Positions 1 to 9,216 of a stretch of DNA of 64,000 nt are shown piece by piece. The notes beneath the pieces are model-generated. The model ran no database searches and was not told the origin of the DNA. It was given only the letters and a program-made list of their open reading frames with translations. The stretch is taken from assembly GCA_963717535.1 (NCBI GenBank), contig OY970344.1, positions 35,306 to 99,305 of the forward strand. Reading direction: 5' to 3'. The DNA is from an uncultured Verrucomicrobiae bacterium. GTDB lineage: Bacteria; Acidobacteriota; Terriglobia; Terriglobales; Acidobacteriaceae. Both the position numbers and the translations under genes were made by a program. How positions within the stretch are numbered: the first letter of the stretch is position 1; the number at the start of each line of letters is the position of its first letter.

Positions 1-117
1 GGACATCATCACGACGATCAACGAGAGCGCCGAGTTGATGGGATGGTGCTGCAGCAGCAGGTTCACCGCGAACACTACAGCGAGCAGACCGAAGAGGATG
101 AAGAGAAAAAGTTCCAT
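1..117 (-). CDS. nuoJ: NADH-quinone oxidoreductase subunit J, N-terminal part (runs off window start)
   Basis: Manual translation from ATG at 117: MELFLFILFGLLAVVFAVNLLLQHHPINSALSLIVVMMS, a typical NuoJ start (hydrophobic helix then P..SAL.L). Lies directly downstream of nuoH. Confidence 0.85.
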   Translation of the reverse strand, partial: MELFLFILFGLLAVVFAVNLLLQHHPINSALSLIVVMMS

Positions 118-204
118 CGTGTGCGTTGGTACTCAGGCCTCGTCTGATGCTCGGACGGGGTGAACTTGTGGGTGCGTGTTCATTGTAAAGCGTTTGCCCG
201 CAGC

Positions 205-1266
205 TTAGCTGCGATAGGCGAGGATGAGGGCTGTGCCGAGGATGTTGAGCATGGCCACAGGCAGCAGGAACTTCCAACCGAAGCCCATGAGCTGGTCGTA
301 GCGAAAGCGGGGGAGCGTGGCCCGGACCCAGATGTAGAGCAGAAGGAACGCAAAGACCTTGAACACGAACCAGAAGACAGAGAGTAGAACCGAGATCACA
401 GGGCCGTTGAGGATGTGTGCCGTAAGCGGGCCGAAGGGCGAGCTGGCGCCGCCGAAGAAGAGCAGCGTGGCGACGCAGGCGACAGTGATCATGTTGGCGT
501 ATTCGGCCATAAAAAACATGGCGAACTTCATAGAGCTGTATTCGGTGTGGTAGCCGGCGACAAGCTCGGATTCGGCCTCGGGGAGGTCGAAGGGGGAGCG
601 GTTTGTCTCTGCGTAGGCGGCCATGAGGTAGATGAAGAAGGCGATGATCTGGAGGCCGCCGAAGATGTTCCAGCCGAGGAGTCCGTGGTGGGACTGGGAG
701 GCAACGATGTCGTGGAGGCGGAGCGAACCCGCGCGGAGAACGACGCCGACCAGCGAGAGGCCGAGGGCTAGTTCGTAGCTGATGACCTGCGCGGTCGCGC
801 GGAGCGAGCCGAAGAGCGAGAACTTGTTGTTGGAGGCCCAACCTGAGAGGGCGATGCCGTAGACGCCGATGGAGGTGACGCCGAGGATGACAAGCAGGCC
901 GACGTTCAGGTCGGCAATCTGCGTCAGGTTGACGCCCCGGTAGTACGCTGGCGCACCGAAGGGCACGACGGAGATAGAAACGAGTGCGCAGCCGAGGGCG
1001 ATCACCGGGGCAAGGACGAACAGGGGGCGCTCGACGGCGAGGGGCATCATGTCTTCCTTGAGGAAGAGCTTGATGCCGTCGGCGAGGGGCTGGAGCAGGC
1101 CGAAGGGGCCGGTGCGCGAGGGACCCCAGCGGTTCTGCATGCGGCCAAGGACCTTGCGCTCCAGCAGCACCGTGTAGGCGACGGCGGTGAGCGTGATGAC
1201 GAGCACCACGGCGATCTTGACGAGGCTGAGGAGAAGGAAAACCTGGAAGTCGGAGAGATGGCTCAT
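205..1266 (-). CDS. nuoH: NADH-quinone oxidoreductase subunit H
   Basis: ERKVLGRMQNRWGP, LLQPLADGIKLFLKE, ETNRSPFDLPEAESELVAGYHTEYS and RFRYDQLM motifs. Start trimmed to MSHLSDF at 1266. Confidence 0.97.
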   Translation of the reverse strand: MSHLSDFQVFLLLSLVKIAVVLVITLTAVAYTVLLERKVLGRMQNRWGPSRTGPFGLLQPLADGIKLFLKEDMMPLAVERPLFVLAPVIALGCALVSISVVPFGAPAYYRGVNLTQIADLNVGLLVILGVTSIGVYGIALSGWASNNKFSLFGSLRATAQVISYELALGLSLVGVVLRAGSLRLHDIVASQSHHGLLGWNIFGGLQIIAFFIYLMAAYAETNRSPFDLPEAESELVAGYHTEYSSMKFAMFFMAEYANMITVACVATLLFFGGASSPFGPLTAHILNGPVISVLLSVFWFVFKVFAFLLLYIWVRATLPRFRYDQLMGFGWKFLLPVAMLNILGTALILAYRS

Positions 1267-1462
1267 CGGTTGGGTCGGTGCAGGTCTATCGTACAGCGGG
1301 TGGAGCGTATGTGCGTGGTTCTGCCGTGTGAGGGGAGCGAGGTTGTTCGGTTTGCGGACGAGGCGGGTGGGGCCCCTCCCTTCCTCTGCCCCCTTCTGGA
1401 GGTACTTGGTAGCAGAGTCCTTGTTCCTTGATCTTTGACAAAGCTGAACGTACAACGGCCCG

Positions 1463-2545
1463 TCAGCGGTTGCCGAGGTGCTTCTCGAAGAAGTTCACGA
1501 TCTCCCCGTAGGCCTCTCTGGTCTCAGGCAGACGGTCGTCACGACCGAACTGTGCGTGTGACTGGCCCTCGTACACCTCCAACTCCGCGTCTACACCGGC
1601 TTCGCGGAGCTTGCGGTGGACTCGCACCGTGTTGCTGAGCAGTAGGTCCCGCGTGCCGGTGGTCAGAATCGCTGGCGGAAAACCTTTCATATCGCCGTAG
1701 ACCGGAGAGAGCAGCGGGTCCGCCAGGTCGTGCCCATGAGCGTAGACCTCCGTAGCCGCATCGCAGAATCCATCGCGCGAGACGAGCACATTGTCCACCA
1801 TCTCGTTGGTGTAGAAGCTGTCGCCCACCTTCGTCACATCGGACATGGGTGTGCTGGGCGCGATCGCGCCGGGCATTGCAAGGCCCAGTTGCCTGGCCCG
1901 CAGCATCATCTCCAGCACCAGGGCTCCGCCGGCCGAGGTGCCCAGGACGCCAATATTCTTCGCTTTCGTCGTCTTCAGCACATCCCGGTACACGGCAACC
2001 GAATCGTCCAATGCGGCCGGAAAGTAGGCCTCCGGCGGCATCCGGTAATCGACTGCGATCACCTTGTAGTGGCCGAAGCCTGCCATCATCACCGCCTCCT
2101 GCGTTCCCGACGCGCCGGGAAACAGGACGTAGCACCCGCCATGCACCTGCACAAGGACTTTGTCGCGATGCTCCGGCGGAATCTCATCGGGTGTAAGGAT
2201 GTTGACCCTTACCCCGTCCATGACGGCGGAGGTCATCGACACATGCAGCCGCTCTCTCAGCGCGGGAAGCTGCTTCAACGTTGCCTCTGCTTGCCGGTCC
2301 GCCGCCGCTCGCCACTCTTCTCCGGTACTCCAAAGCACGTTCCAGTCCGGATTGAGCGGGGCGGCGATGATCTTCTGCATCCCCGGACTGACATCCGATG
2401 GCACGGGCAGACTCCTCGCCGGAACAGACCTCGGCGGAAGCTGGCCCGGGCTGTTCTGCGCATGGGCAGCGCGGTATTCCGGGCTCAACATCAAGATCAG
2501 AGCGAACAACGACGTTCTACTTACGGCAGTCCGTTTCTTCAGCAA
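1463..2545 (-). CDS. Exported alpha/beta hydrolase, HSL (family IV) esterase
   Basis: HGGCY oxyanion motif, VDYRMPPE, GTSAGG nucleophile elbow, GTRDLLL Asp, QSHAQF His. Signal-peptide-like N-terminus, TTG start. Confidence 0.9.
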   Translation of the reverse strand: MLKKRTAVSRTSLFALILMLSPEYRAAHAQNSPGQLPPRSVPARSLPVPSDVSPGMQKIIAAPLNPDWNVLWSTGEEWRAAADRQAEATLKQLPALRERLHVSMTSAVMDGVRVNILTPDEIPPEHRDKVLVQVHGGCYVLFPGASGTQEAVMMAGFGHYKVIAVDYRMPPEAYFPAALDDSVAVYRDVLKTTKAKNIGVLGTSAGGALVLEMMLRARQLGLAMPGAIAPSTPMSDVTKVGDSFYTNEMVDNVLVSRDGFCDAATEVYAHGHDLADPLLSPVYGDMKGFPPAILTTGTRDLLLSNTVRVHRKLREAGVDAELEVYEGQSHAQFGRDDRLPETREAYGEIVNFFEKHLGNR

Positions 2546-2873
2546 AGGTTTCTCCGTGGTTTGAACTTTCTAATCTACGACAGGGCTCGCGTTGGTGGGT
2601 ACCCGACGGCTGGATTGGCGGCCACCCGTACTGTCGCGCCACAATTTCCGGCAAGCGCCGCTTGATCGCTCGGCAGAGCGCAGGGCTGGGCCACGGCGAG
2701 CCCTGAGGCAAGCGAACGAGTCTGATCCATGTCGTATCGTTCTGAGCCGAAAGAAGTGAACCCCAAGGCGGCATGCAGAGCAAGTGAACCCGGCTGCGGG
2801 GCAACGTCTTCCCGGACCGTCCAAGGTCCAGAGTTAGGTATCATCTGCTAACTCGTTCTCTTAAGGTGGTGAG

Positions 2874-3830
2874 ATGTCGCAGAGCACGTTGCAGGTCGGC
2901 CAACTCGTCGCGGCGCAAAGCGAGAGGCGCTACGGTGTCATTGAACTTTCAGTCGGGGGCCAACCTTACAGAGTTCCCCTCTGGTTGATCAACGGAGACG
3001 AGACGGGTCCGACCCTGGTTGTGACGGGCGGGGTACACGGCGCGGAATACGCGAGCATTGCGGCAGCGCTTGACCTTGGTCGCTCGCTGGATCCCAAGGG
3101 CCTGCGCGGAAGGGTGATCGTGGTGCCGGTGGTCAACCTGCCCGGCTTTGCGGCTCGGTCGATTTACGTCTGTCCTCTTGATGGGAAGAATCCGAATCGA
3201 GTGTTTCCTGGCGATGCAGGCGGGAGCGGCTCGGAGCAGATCGCGGACTGGGTCTTTCGCAACGTGATTTCTCAAGCGGATTACTACGTGGACTTGCACG
3301 GCGGCGATCTGATTGAGGCACTCGTCCCCTTCACCATCTTCTTCCGCTCCGGCAACGAGCAGGTAGACGCGGTCTCGCTCGAGATGGCAAAGGCCTTTGG
3401 GATCCACTACCTGGTGCGCAGTGAAACTCCGGGGTCCACCATCTCCGCCGCATCCCGCGCTGGGATCCCCTCCATCCTTACGGAGTCAGGTGGGCAGGGG
3501 GTATGGACGGCAGAACAGGTCGCCGACCATACCAACGGACTTCAACGCTTGATGAGCTATCTCAAGATGGTCCCGGATCCTGCCCCGGAGCCAACTGCGT
3601 TCACGCTCTTGGAGCAGTTTCTTTGGGGACGCAGTGAGCATGAGGGCTTGTGGTATCCGCAGGTGTCCGTGGGTGAGAGGGTTCGTTCCGGTCAGGAACT
3701 CGGATGCATCAAGGACTGGGAAGGCAATGTGCTACAGAGAAGCCTCAGTCCTGAAAACGGCACTGTGCTCTTCCTGGTGTCGTCGTTGGCGATCCATGCG
3801 GGCGAGCCTCTCTTCGCCGTGGGCGCATGA
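2874..3830 (+). CDS. Succinylglutamate desuccinylase/aspartoacylase-family (M14-like) Zn hydrolase
   Basis: GGVHGAEY, NPNRVFPG, DLHGG and ESGG motifs. C-terminal lipoyl-like hairpin (VSVGERVRSGQELG). Confidence 0.9.
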   Translation: MSQSTLQVGQLVAAQSERRYGVIELSVGGQPYRVPLWLINGDETGPTLVVTGGVHGAEYASIAAALDLGRSLDPKGLRGRVIVVPVVNLPGFAARSIYVCPLDGKNPNRVFPGDAGGSGSEQIADWVFRNVISQADYYVDLHGGDLIEALVPFTIFFRSGNEQVDAVSLEMAKAFGIHYLVRSETPGSTISAASRAGIPSILTESGGQGVWTAEQVADHTNGLQRLMSYLKMVPDPAPEPTAFTLLEQFLWGRSEHEGLWYPQVSVGERVRSGQELGCIKDWEGNVLQRSLSPENGTVLFLVSSLAIHAGEPLFAVGA

Positions 3831-3924
3831 CGACGCTAGAGCTGTTTCTCACCTGGCACTTGGCGTGTCGCGGGACGATTACGGATGGGGCTTGGATCCG
3901 GCAATTCGGGGCACACTATAGAGC

Positions 3925-5100
3925 ATGCGGAAACCGCTTCTGGCGTTGACAGCTGCTGCGTTCGGGATTGGGACGTCGGAGTTCATTATCGTCGGCCTGC
4001 TGCCTACGCTTGCTCATGACTTTTCGGTGAGCATACCGAAAGCGGGCATTCTGGTGACGGCGTATGCGCTTTCGGTGACGATTGGCTCGCCGGTGGTGGC
4101 GCTGGCGTTGGGGCGGGTGGACCGGAAGACATCGTTGCTGCTGCTGATGGGGATGTTTGCCTTAGGGAACACCCTGTGCGCGCTGGCGCCGAGCTACGGC
4201 CTGCTGATCGGCGCACGGATTCTGACGGCGCTTTGCCATGGAGCGTTTTTTGGGATTGGCAGTGTGGTGGCGGCCAATCTTGTGCCGCGGCAGGAACGGG
4301 CGCAGGCCATTGCGCTGATGTTTACCGGGCTGACACTTGCCAACATCCTGGGCGTGCCGGCGGGGACGGCGCTGGGGTTGCGGCTGGGGTGGAGGGCGGC
4401 ATTCTGGGCTTTGGTGCCGATTGGTCTGGTCGCGATCGGTCTGCTCTGGCGGCTGATTCCGCATCAGCCTGCGCAGCCGACGCCGCTGCGCGGGGAACTG
4501 CACCAGGTGCTGAAGGCGCCGGTTCTGTTGGTGCTTGGGATTAGCACGCTGTCTTCGGTTTCGTTGTTTTGCGTGTTCACGTATGTCTCGCCGATGCTGG
4601 CGGGGATCACTCATCTTTCGCCGGACGCTGTGACCTGGGCGCTGGTGGCGTTTGGGACGGGGATTACTGTGGGGAACCTGCTGGGCGGGCGGCTGGGGGA
4701 CTGGCGGCAGATGGGCACAGTGATCGGCGCGTTTACGACGCTGACCGTGGTTCTGGTGTTGCTGCCGTTGCTGTTGATTCGTCCGGCCTGGGCGATGGTT
4801 GGGGTGTTTGTTTGGGGGCTGGTTCACTTCTCCGGAGGCATACCCTTGCAGACCCGGGTGGTGGAGAAGGCTAAGGGCGCGAACCTGGCGTCCACGTTGA
4901 ATCAGAGTGCGTTCAACCTGGGGAATGCGTTGGGTGCGAGCCTGGGTGGGATCCTGCTTACCCGCGGGCTTGGCTACGGCGTGCTCCCGTATGCGTCGGC
5001 TGCGGTGGCCGTGGTGGCTACTTTGCTGAGCCTGGTCGCGCTGTGGGTGGAGCGCAAGTACCCCCACGAGAGCAGCACGGACTTTTTCCAGGCGATCTGA
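3925..5100 (+). CDS. MFS transporter (DHA1, YdhP/NepI-like)
   Basis: About 12 hydrophobic helices. GTSEFIIVGLLP start motif, GRVDRK loop, HGAFFGIG, ANILGVPAG, NQSAFNLGNALG. Confidence 0.92.
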   Translation: MRKPLLALTAAAFGIGTSEFIIVGLLPTLAHDFSVSIPKAGILVTAYALSVTIGSPVVALALGRVDRKTSLLLLMGMFALGNTLCALAPSYGLLIGARILTALCHGAFFGIGSVVAANLVPRQERAQAIALMFTGLTLANILGVPAGTALGLRLGWRAAFWALVPIGLVAIGLLWRLIPHQPAQPTPLRGELHQVLKAPVLLVLGISTLSSVSLFCVFTYVSPMLAGITHLSPDAVTWALVAFGTGITVGNLLGGRLGDWRQMGTVIGAFTTLTVVLVLLPLLLIRPAWAMVGVFVWGLVHFSGGIPLQTRVVEKAKGANLASTLNQSAFNLGNALGASLGGILLTRGLGYGVLPYASAAVAVVATLLSLVALWVERKYPHESSTDFFQAI

Positions 5101-5114
5101 GTTGGAGGAAACGG

Positions 5115-5150
5115 CAATCGCCAGACTCGGTTGTGCGAGCCTGGCGATTG
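5115..5150. terminator. Hairpin between convergent MFS and nuoG genes, likely a bidirectional terminator
   Basis: CAATCGCCAG-A-CTCG / CGAG-C-CTGGCGATTG inverted repeat around a GTTGTG loop, placed between two stop codons. Confidence 0.6.
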
Positions 5151-5176
5151 GGTCGATCAACGGTACTTTCGGGCAC

Positions 5177-7579
5177 CTAGTCCCCGAGGGTGGCTAGCTC
5201 ATCGGCGACTTCGCGCTCCTGGTGGCGGTTGATCCCCTGCAGGATGGGCGAGTGCTGGGTGAGGCTGCCGGAGGTGAAGAGGGTGTCCCGGCTGGGGAGG
5301 ATGAGGTCCTTGCGGCTGTCGTCTATTTGCACGAGGCCGCTGGCTGCGGGGGTGATGTGCTGATCGTTGCCGCTGAGGAGTTGAAGGCGCCGGAGATTGT
5401 TGTAGCCGGGGACGAGGCGTTGGATCTCGTCGAGGATGGCGAAGGGGTCAAAGGGCGAGACTTTGGGCTCGAGGTTGTTGGCCGTGAGCCAGACGGCGTG
5501 GCGATCGGCCTCGCCGGCCTGGGCGCCTCGGGACTGGCCGAGGTCGGAGCGTACGCCGGTCGTCGTGCCTCGGCCAAAGGGGACGAGGGATTTGGCGGGG
5601 TGGCCCATCTTGTCGGCTAGGCGGACGATGAGCTCGAAGTCGGTGCGGGTGCCGGGTTTGTCGGCGGCCTTTTGGATGAGCTGTAGGTCGCCATAGGAGT
5701 TGGTGACGGAGCCGGATTTCTCGTAAAGGCTGGCCGCGGGGAGGACTACGTCGGCGAGTTGGGCGGTCTCTGTGAGGAAGAGATCCTGGACGATGGTGAA
5801 GGTATTGTTGAGGGCTGCGGGGTCGATGCTGAAGCGGGCAATGGGGTTCGCGCCGACGACGTAAAGGGCCGCAAGTGAGCCGGATTGGGCGGCGTCGAAC
5901 ATGGCGAGCAGGTCGAGGCCGGGCTGTTGCGGTGTGTTGAACTCGGCGGCTACCGAGGAGCCGGTAAGGGGCTGATAGCCGGGGAGCATGTCGGGGAGGA
6001 GGCCCATGTCGCTGGCGCCGCGGGAGTTGACGTAGTCGGCGTTGAGGGCGAACTTGGCGTTGGGGAGGGTCTGGAGGAGACGTGTGAGTTCGCCGTCACG
6101 GACTTCGTTGCCGATGAGGACGACGAGGTTAGGCTCGTTGAGGACGGCTTCACGGAAGGTGGAGAGCTGGTCGGCCTGGGCGATGACTGAGGCTGCAGAG
6201 GCTTCCGCGTCGTTGCCGGCGAGGTAGCTGATGAAGCTGCCGTAGCCGAACGGCGCGACCTGGACAAAGGCTTTGGCCTGACGCCGGAGCTTGATCTCGT
6301 CGGTGTTGGCGATGTAGACCTTGGCGCGGGTGAGGCGGACGTTGGTGCGGATGTTCCAGCCCGTGAGCGGGGCTTGTTGCGTCGGGTCGCCGCCGATGAG
6401 GAGCAGGGCGGGGGCCGAGGCGACGTCTCGTTGGGAGGCGTAGCGGCCTGCGGTGCCCTGGAGTGTCGTGGCGAGGGTAACGTAATCGGCGGTGCGGTGG
6501 TGATCGATGTTGTTCGTGCCGAGGACCGTGCGGGCGAACTTCTGGAGGAGGTAGCTTTCCTCGTTGGTGGTGCGGTTGGAGCCGATAACGCCGATGCTGT
6601 TAGCGCCTCGCGTGTCGCGGATCTCGCGGAGGCGGTCGCCGGCGAAGGTGAGGGCTTCTTCCCACGAGACGGCGGTCAGGGGAGAGCTCTTGCCCCCCTT
6701 GCGAATCATAGGCTTGGTGAGGCGGTCGGGCTCGTTGTTGAAGTCGAAGGCGTAGCGGCCCTTGTTGCAGAGGAAGTCGCCGTTGATGCCCGATTTATCG
6801 CGGTTGTCGCCGCGCATGATGACGGAGCCTTCGGCGGTGGTCCGGACGCCGAGAGTGGTTTTGCAGCCGTCACCGCAGTGCGTGCAGATCGTGGAGGTGT
6901 GGTTCATCTCCCAGGGGCGAGTCTTGTAGCGATACGGGCCCGGGAGGAGCGCGCCTACGGGGCAGGCGTCGATGCACATGCCGCACTGCTCGCAGTCAAT
7001 GCGTGGAAGGTCGTCGGGGGAGAGGGACGCGGGGACGTTGGGGGCGATGACCGACGCGGAGCCGCGGTTCTGGATGCCGAGCGCGAAGACGTCCATGCCT
7101 TCGCCGCACATGCGGACGCAGCGGTAGCAGAGGATGCAGCGGGGGCGGTCGAAGAAGACGACCGGCGACCATTGCTGCTCTTCGCGGTGATTCTTGGCCT
7201 CAGCGTAGAGGCTTTCACCGGCGCCGTACTTGAAGGTCATGTCCTGCAGTTCGCATTGGCCGCCAGCATCGCACACGGGGCAGTCGAGTGGATGATTGCC
7301 GAGCAGGAGCTGGAGCGTGGACTTGCGGGCCTGGGCGATCTCGGGCGTCTCGGTCTGGACGATCATGCCCTCGGCGACCGGGGTGGTGCAGGCGGTCTGC
7401 AGCTTGGGCATCTTCTCGATGCGGACGACGCACATGCGGCAGGCAGCTTGCAGCGAGAGGCCGGGGTAGTAGCAGAAGGCGGGGATCTCGATGCCGGCGG
7501 CCTTGCAGGCGTCGATGAGCAGGGTGCCCGCAGGGGCGGTGAGCTTTTTGCCGTCTACGGTGAAGGTTACGTCGGGCAT
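5177..7579 (-). CDS. nuoG: NADH-quinone oxidoreductase subunit G
   Basis: FCY..ACRMC (N1b), HPLDCPVCDAGGQCELQD (N5), CILCYRCVRMC and CEQCGMCIDACPVGAL (N4), CTHCGDGC...LCNKGR (N7-type). Molybdopterin-oxidoreductase-like C-terminal region. Confidence 0.96.
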   Translation of the reverse strand: MPDVTFTVDGKKLTAPAGTLLIDACKAAGIEIPAFCYYPGLSLQAACRMCVVRIEKMPKLQTACTTPVAEGMIVQTETPEIAQARKSTLQLLLGNHPLDCPVCDAGGQCELQDMTFKYGAGESLYAEAKNHREEQQWSPVVFFDRPRCILCYRCVRMCGEGMDVFALGIQNRGSASVIAPNVPASLSPDDLPRIDCEQCGMCIDACPVGALLPGPYRYKTRPWEMNHTSTICTHCGDGCKTTLGVRTTAEGSVIMRGDNRDKSGINGDFLCNKGRYAFDFNNEPDRLTKPMIRKGGKSSPLTAVSWEEALTFAGDRLREIRDTRGANSIGVIGSNRTTNEESYLLQKFARTVLGTNNIDHHRTADYVTLATTLQGTAGRYASQRDVASAPALLLIGGDPTQQAPLTGWNIRTNVRLTRAKVYIANTDEIKLRRQAKAFVQVAPFGYGSFISYLAGNDAEASAASVIAQADQLSTFREAVLNEPNLVVLIGNEVRDGELTRLLQTLPNAKFALNADYVNSRGASDMGLLPDMLPGYQPLTGSSVAAEFNTPQQPGLDLLAMFDAAQSGSLAALYVVGANPIARFSIDPAALNNTFTIVQDLFLTETAQLADVVLPAASLYEKSGSVTNSYGDLQLIQKAADKPGTRTDFELIVRLADKMGHPAKSLVPFGRGTTTGVRSDLGQSRGAQAGEADRHAVWLTANNLEPKVSPFDPFAILDEIQRLVPGYNNLRRLQLLSGNDQHITPAASGLVQIDDSRKDLILPSRDTLFTSGSLTQHSPILQGINRHQEREVADELATLGD

Positions 7580-7588
7580 ACAGTAATC

Positions 7589-8083
7589 CTACTTCGAGAA
7601 GCCCTGCGGGACGCCGGGCTGGATGGAACAGAATGCGTCCGGGGGAGCGATTCCGTTGGTGCTCTGAACAACGGCCATCTGCGGCACGGTACCCGCGGCG
7701 GCCTGGCCGCGCGTCAGGACCGGAGACTGCGAATGGGCGAGCTTGGTGATGTCCGGGTCGGGGCCGGTCTGGAGAGGTTTGCCGAGGAGGTCGTCGAGGT
7801 CTGCCTGGGTCTGGGCGGCGTAGACGGGGAAGGCGATGCGGAAGCGGTCCAGGATGGCCAAGTTATGGCGTAGATCGTCGGCGGTGTAGCCCTCTTTAGC
7901 GAGTTCGGGCCAGCAGGATTGGGTGGCGGTGAGCCAGCTTTGATCGAGCAGACGGCCCGATGACGTCACGACGGGAGCACCGGTGTGTTTGGACGAACAG
8001 CCAGAGGCGAAGCAGAGCGCGACGAACACGCCAAACGCGGCCAATGGTTGGGAATTGTTTCCGCGCAGTGCCTTCAGGCGCAT
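7589..8083 (-). CDS. Hypothetical lipoprotein
   Basis: Basic N-terminus, hydrophobic stretch and FASG-C lipobox. Same strand as nuoG, 9 nt upstream of it. Confidence 0.6.
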   Translation of the reverse strand: MRLKALRGNNSQPLAAFGVFVALCFASGCSSKHTGAPVVTSSGRLLDQSWLTATQSCWPELAKEGYTADDLRHNLAILDRFRIAFPVYAAQTQADLDDLLGKPLQTGPDPDITKLAHSQSPVLTRGQAAAGTVPQMAVVQSTNGIAPPDAFCSIQPGVPQGFSK

Positions 8084-8170
8084 GGGTGTGTCGTCCCTCT
8101 TGGTGGCTGTCTTGTTGTGCCGGGCACAGTCGCGCTGTCCAGCTGCTGAAACTCGCGATACCGCGAACTC

Positions 8171-8875
8171 TTACCGTGCGTGCGTTTTGCCGGGTGACCG
8201 CGCTGGGGTGGTCCCGGCGACGGCGGCCTGCACTACGGGAGCGAGGTCTTCCGCCTTGCCGTCGATACCATTGGAGCCGGTGACTACCTGCTGCTTCGTG
8301 TTGCTGATGACGAGGATGGTGGGGGTCCAGCCGACGTTAAGCCTGTGGCTTACGTCGAGATCGGCATTGACCTGTTTTGCGAGGGAGCCGTCCGGGTCGA
8401 TGGCTGGGGGCATGGGCTTACCGTGCTGTTGCAGCCAGTTCTGAGTGAAATGTTGGAGGTCGTCAAGGCTGGAGATGGACATCTGCGCCTTGAAGAGGTC
8501 ACCGCGGAAGGTTTCGGATACTTGTGGGCCGTACTTTTGTTGGATGTAGCGTGCGTCAACTGCGCCCTGGAAGGTCCAGACGTGGCTGCGGATAGGTGAG
8601 TCGTAACGGACGATCGGGACGTGGTATTTCTTGGCGACTTCGAGTTCAATAGGGTGGGCCGCGGCGCAGTGTGGGCAGCCGAGATCTTCGAAGACGACGA
8701 TAGCGACCTTGGAGCCTGCGGGTGGCCTCAGTGTGGCGAGATCGCGAAGTTGGCCGTTGGAGGCCTGTGCTGTCGTGAACTGGGCATGGGCGAGCGTAGG
8801 TGTACTGCTCAGAGCGGCGGCGAGTAGAAGCGCAAGCAGAATGGGGCGCGCTCGGTGGTTCTTTTTCTGACTCAA
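8171..8875 (-). CDS. DsbA/thioredoxin-fold periplasmic oxidoreductase
   Basis: Signal peptide, FEDLGCPHC (CxxC) and WTPTI cis-Pro motif. Confidence 0.85.
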   Translation of the reverse strand: MSQKKNHRARPILLALLLAAALSSTPTLAHAQFTTAQASNGQLRDLATLRPPAGSKVAIVVFEDLGCPHCAAAHPIELEVAKKYHVPIVRYDSPIRSHVWTFQGAVDARYIQQKYGPQVSETFRGDLFKAQMSISSLDDLQHFTQNWLQQHGKPMPPAIDPDGSLAKQVNADLDVSHRLNVGWTPTILVISNTKQQVVTGSNGIDGKAEDLAPVVQAAVAGTTPARSPGKTHAR

Positions 8876-8935
8876 CGATTCCTCTTGGTTTGCGGCTTGT
8901 CTGTCTGCAACTCTGGACGCGAGCGCCGTATCGAG

Positions 8936-9184
8936 TTATTGAGCGCTAGATTCGGGGAAGAGTTTCAAGCGCGCTTCCTCGACGAGAGCACGGTAGTTTG
9001 GCATGAATGGCTCGACAAGGTTCTTCTCCCGTACTCCATGCAGCCTGGTAAATGCTAACCGTTCCCCGCGGCCTGGAATTTCAAGGGCAGGCTGCGCGCT
9101 GAAGTCGGCAAGCATCTCGGAGAGGAGCAGGGCTTCAGCTCGCCCAATCGACAGGGTAACGAGTTCCTCACCTTCGCCCATCAA
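8936..9184 (-). CDS. Small hypothetical protein (82 aa)
   Basis: Fills the gap after nuoF on the same strand with protein-like composition. No motif recognised. Confidence 0.55.
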   Translation of the reverse strand: MMGEGEELVTLSIGRAEALLLSEMLADFSAQPALEIPGRGERLAFTRLHGVREKNLVEPFMPNYRALVEEARLKLFPESSAQ

Positions 9185-9216
9185 TACCTCAAAGATTGTT
9201 CATCGATGACCACGAG

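Noticed and set aside
1267-1455. Apparent 63-aa N-terminal extension of NuoH (likewise NuoF, SdhB, GH127, FKBP and the ABC exporter in the ORF track)
   Set aside because: These are artefacts of taking the most upstream start codon. Downstream ATGs match the family N-termini.
6374-7873. 499-aa plus-strand ORF, and similar long antisense ORFs at 13930-15390, 17638-19116, 39302-40780, 60878-61897 and 4162-5160
   Set aside because: These are shadows of well-supported genes on the other strand, expected in high-GC3 DNA. They carry no motifs.
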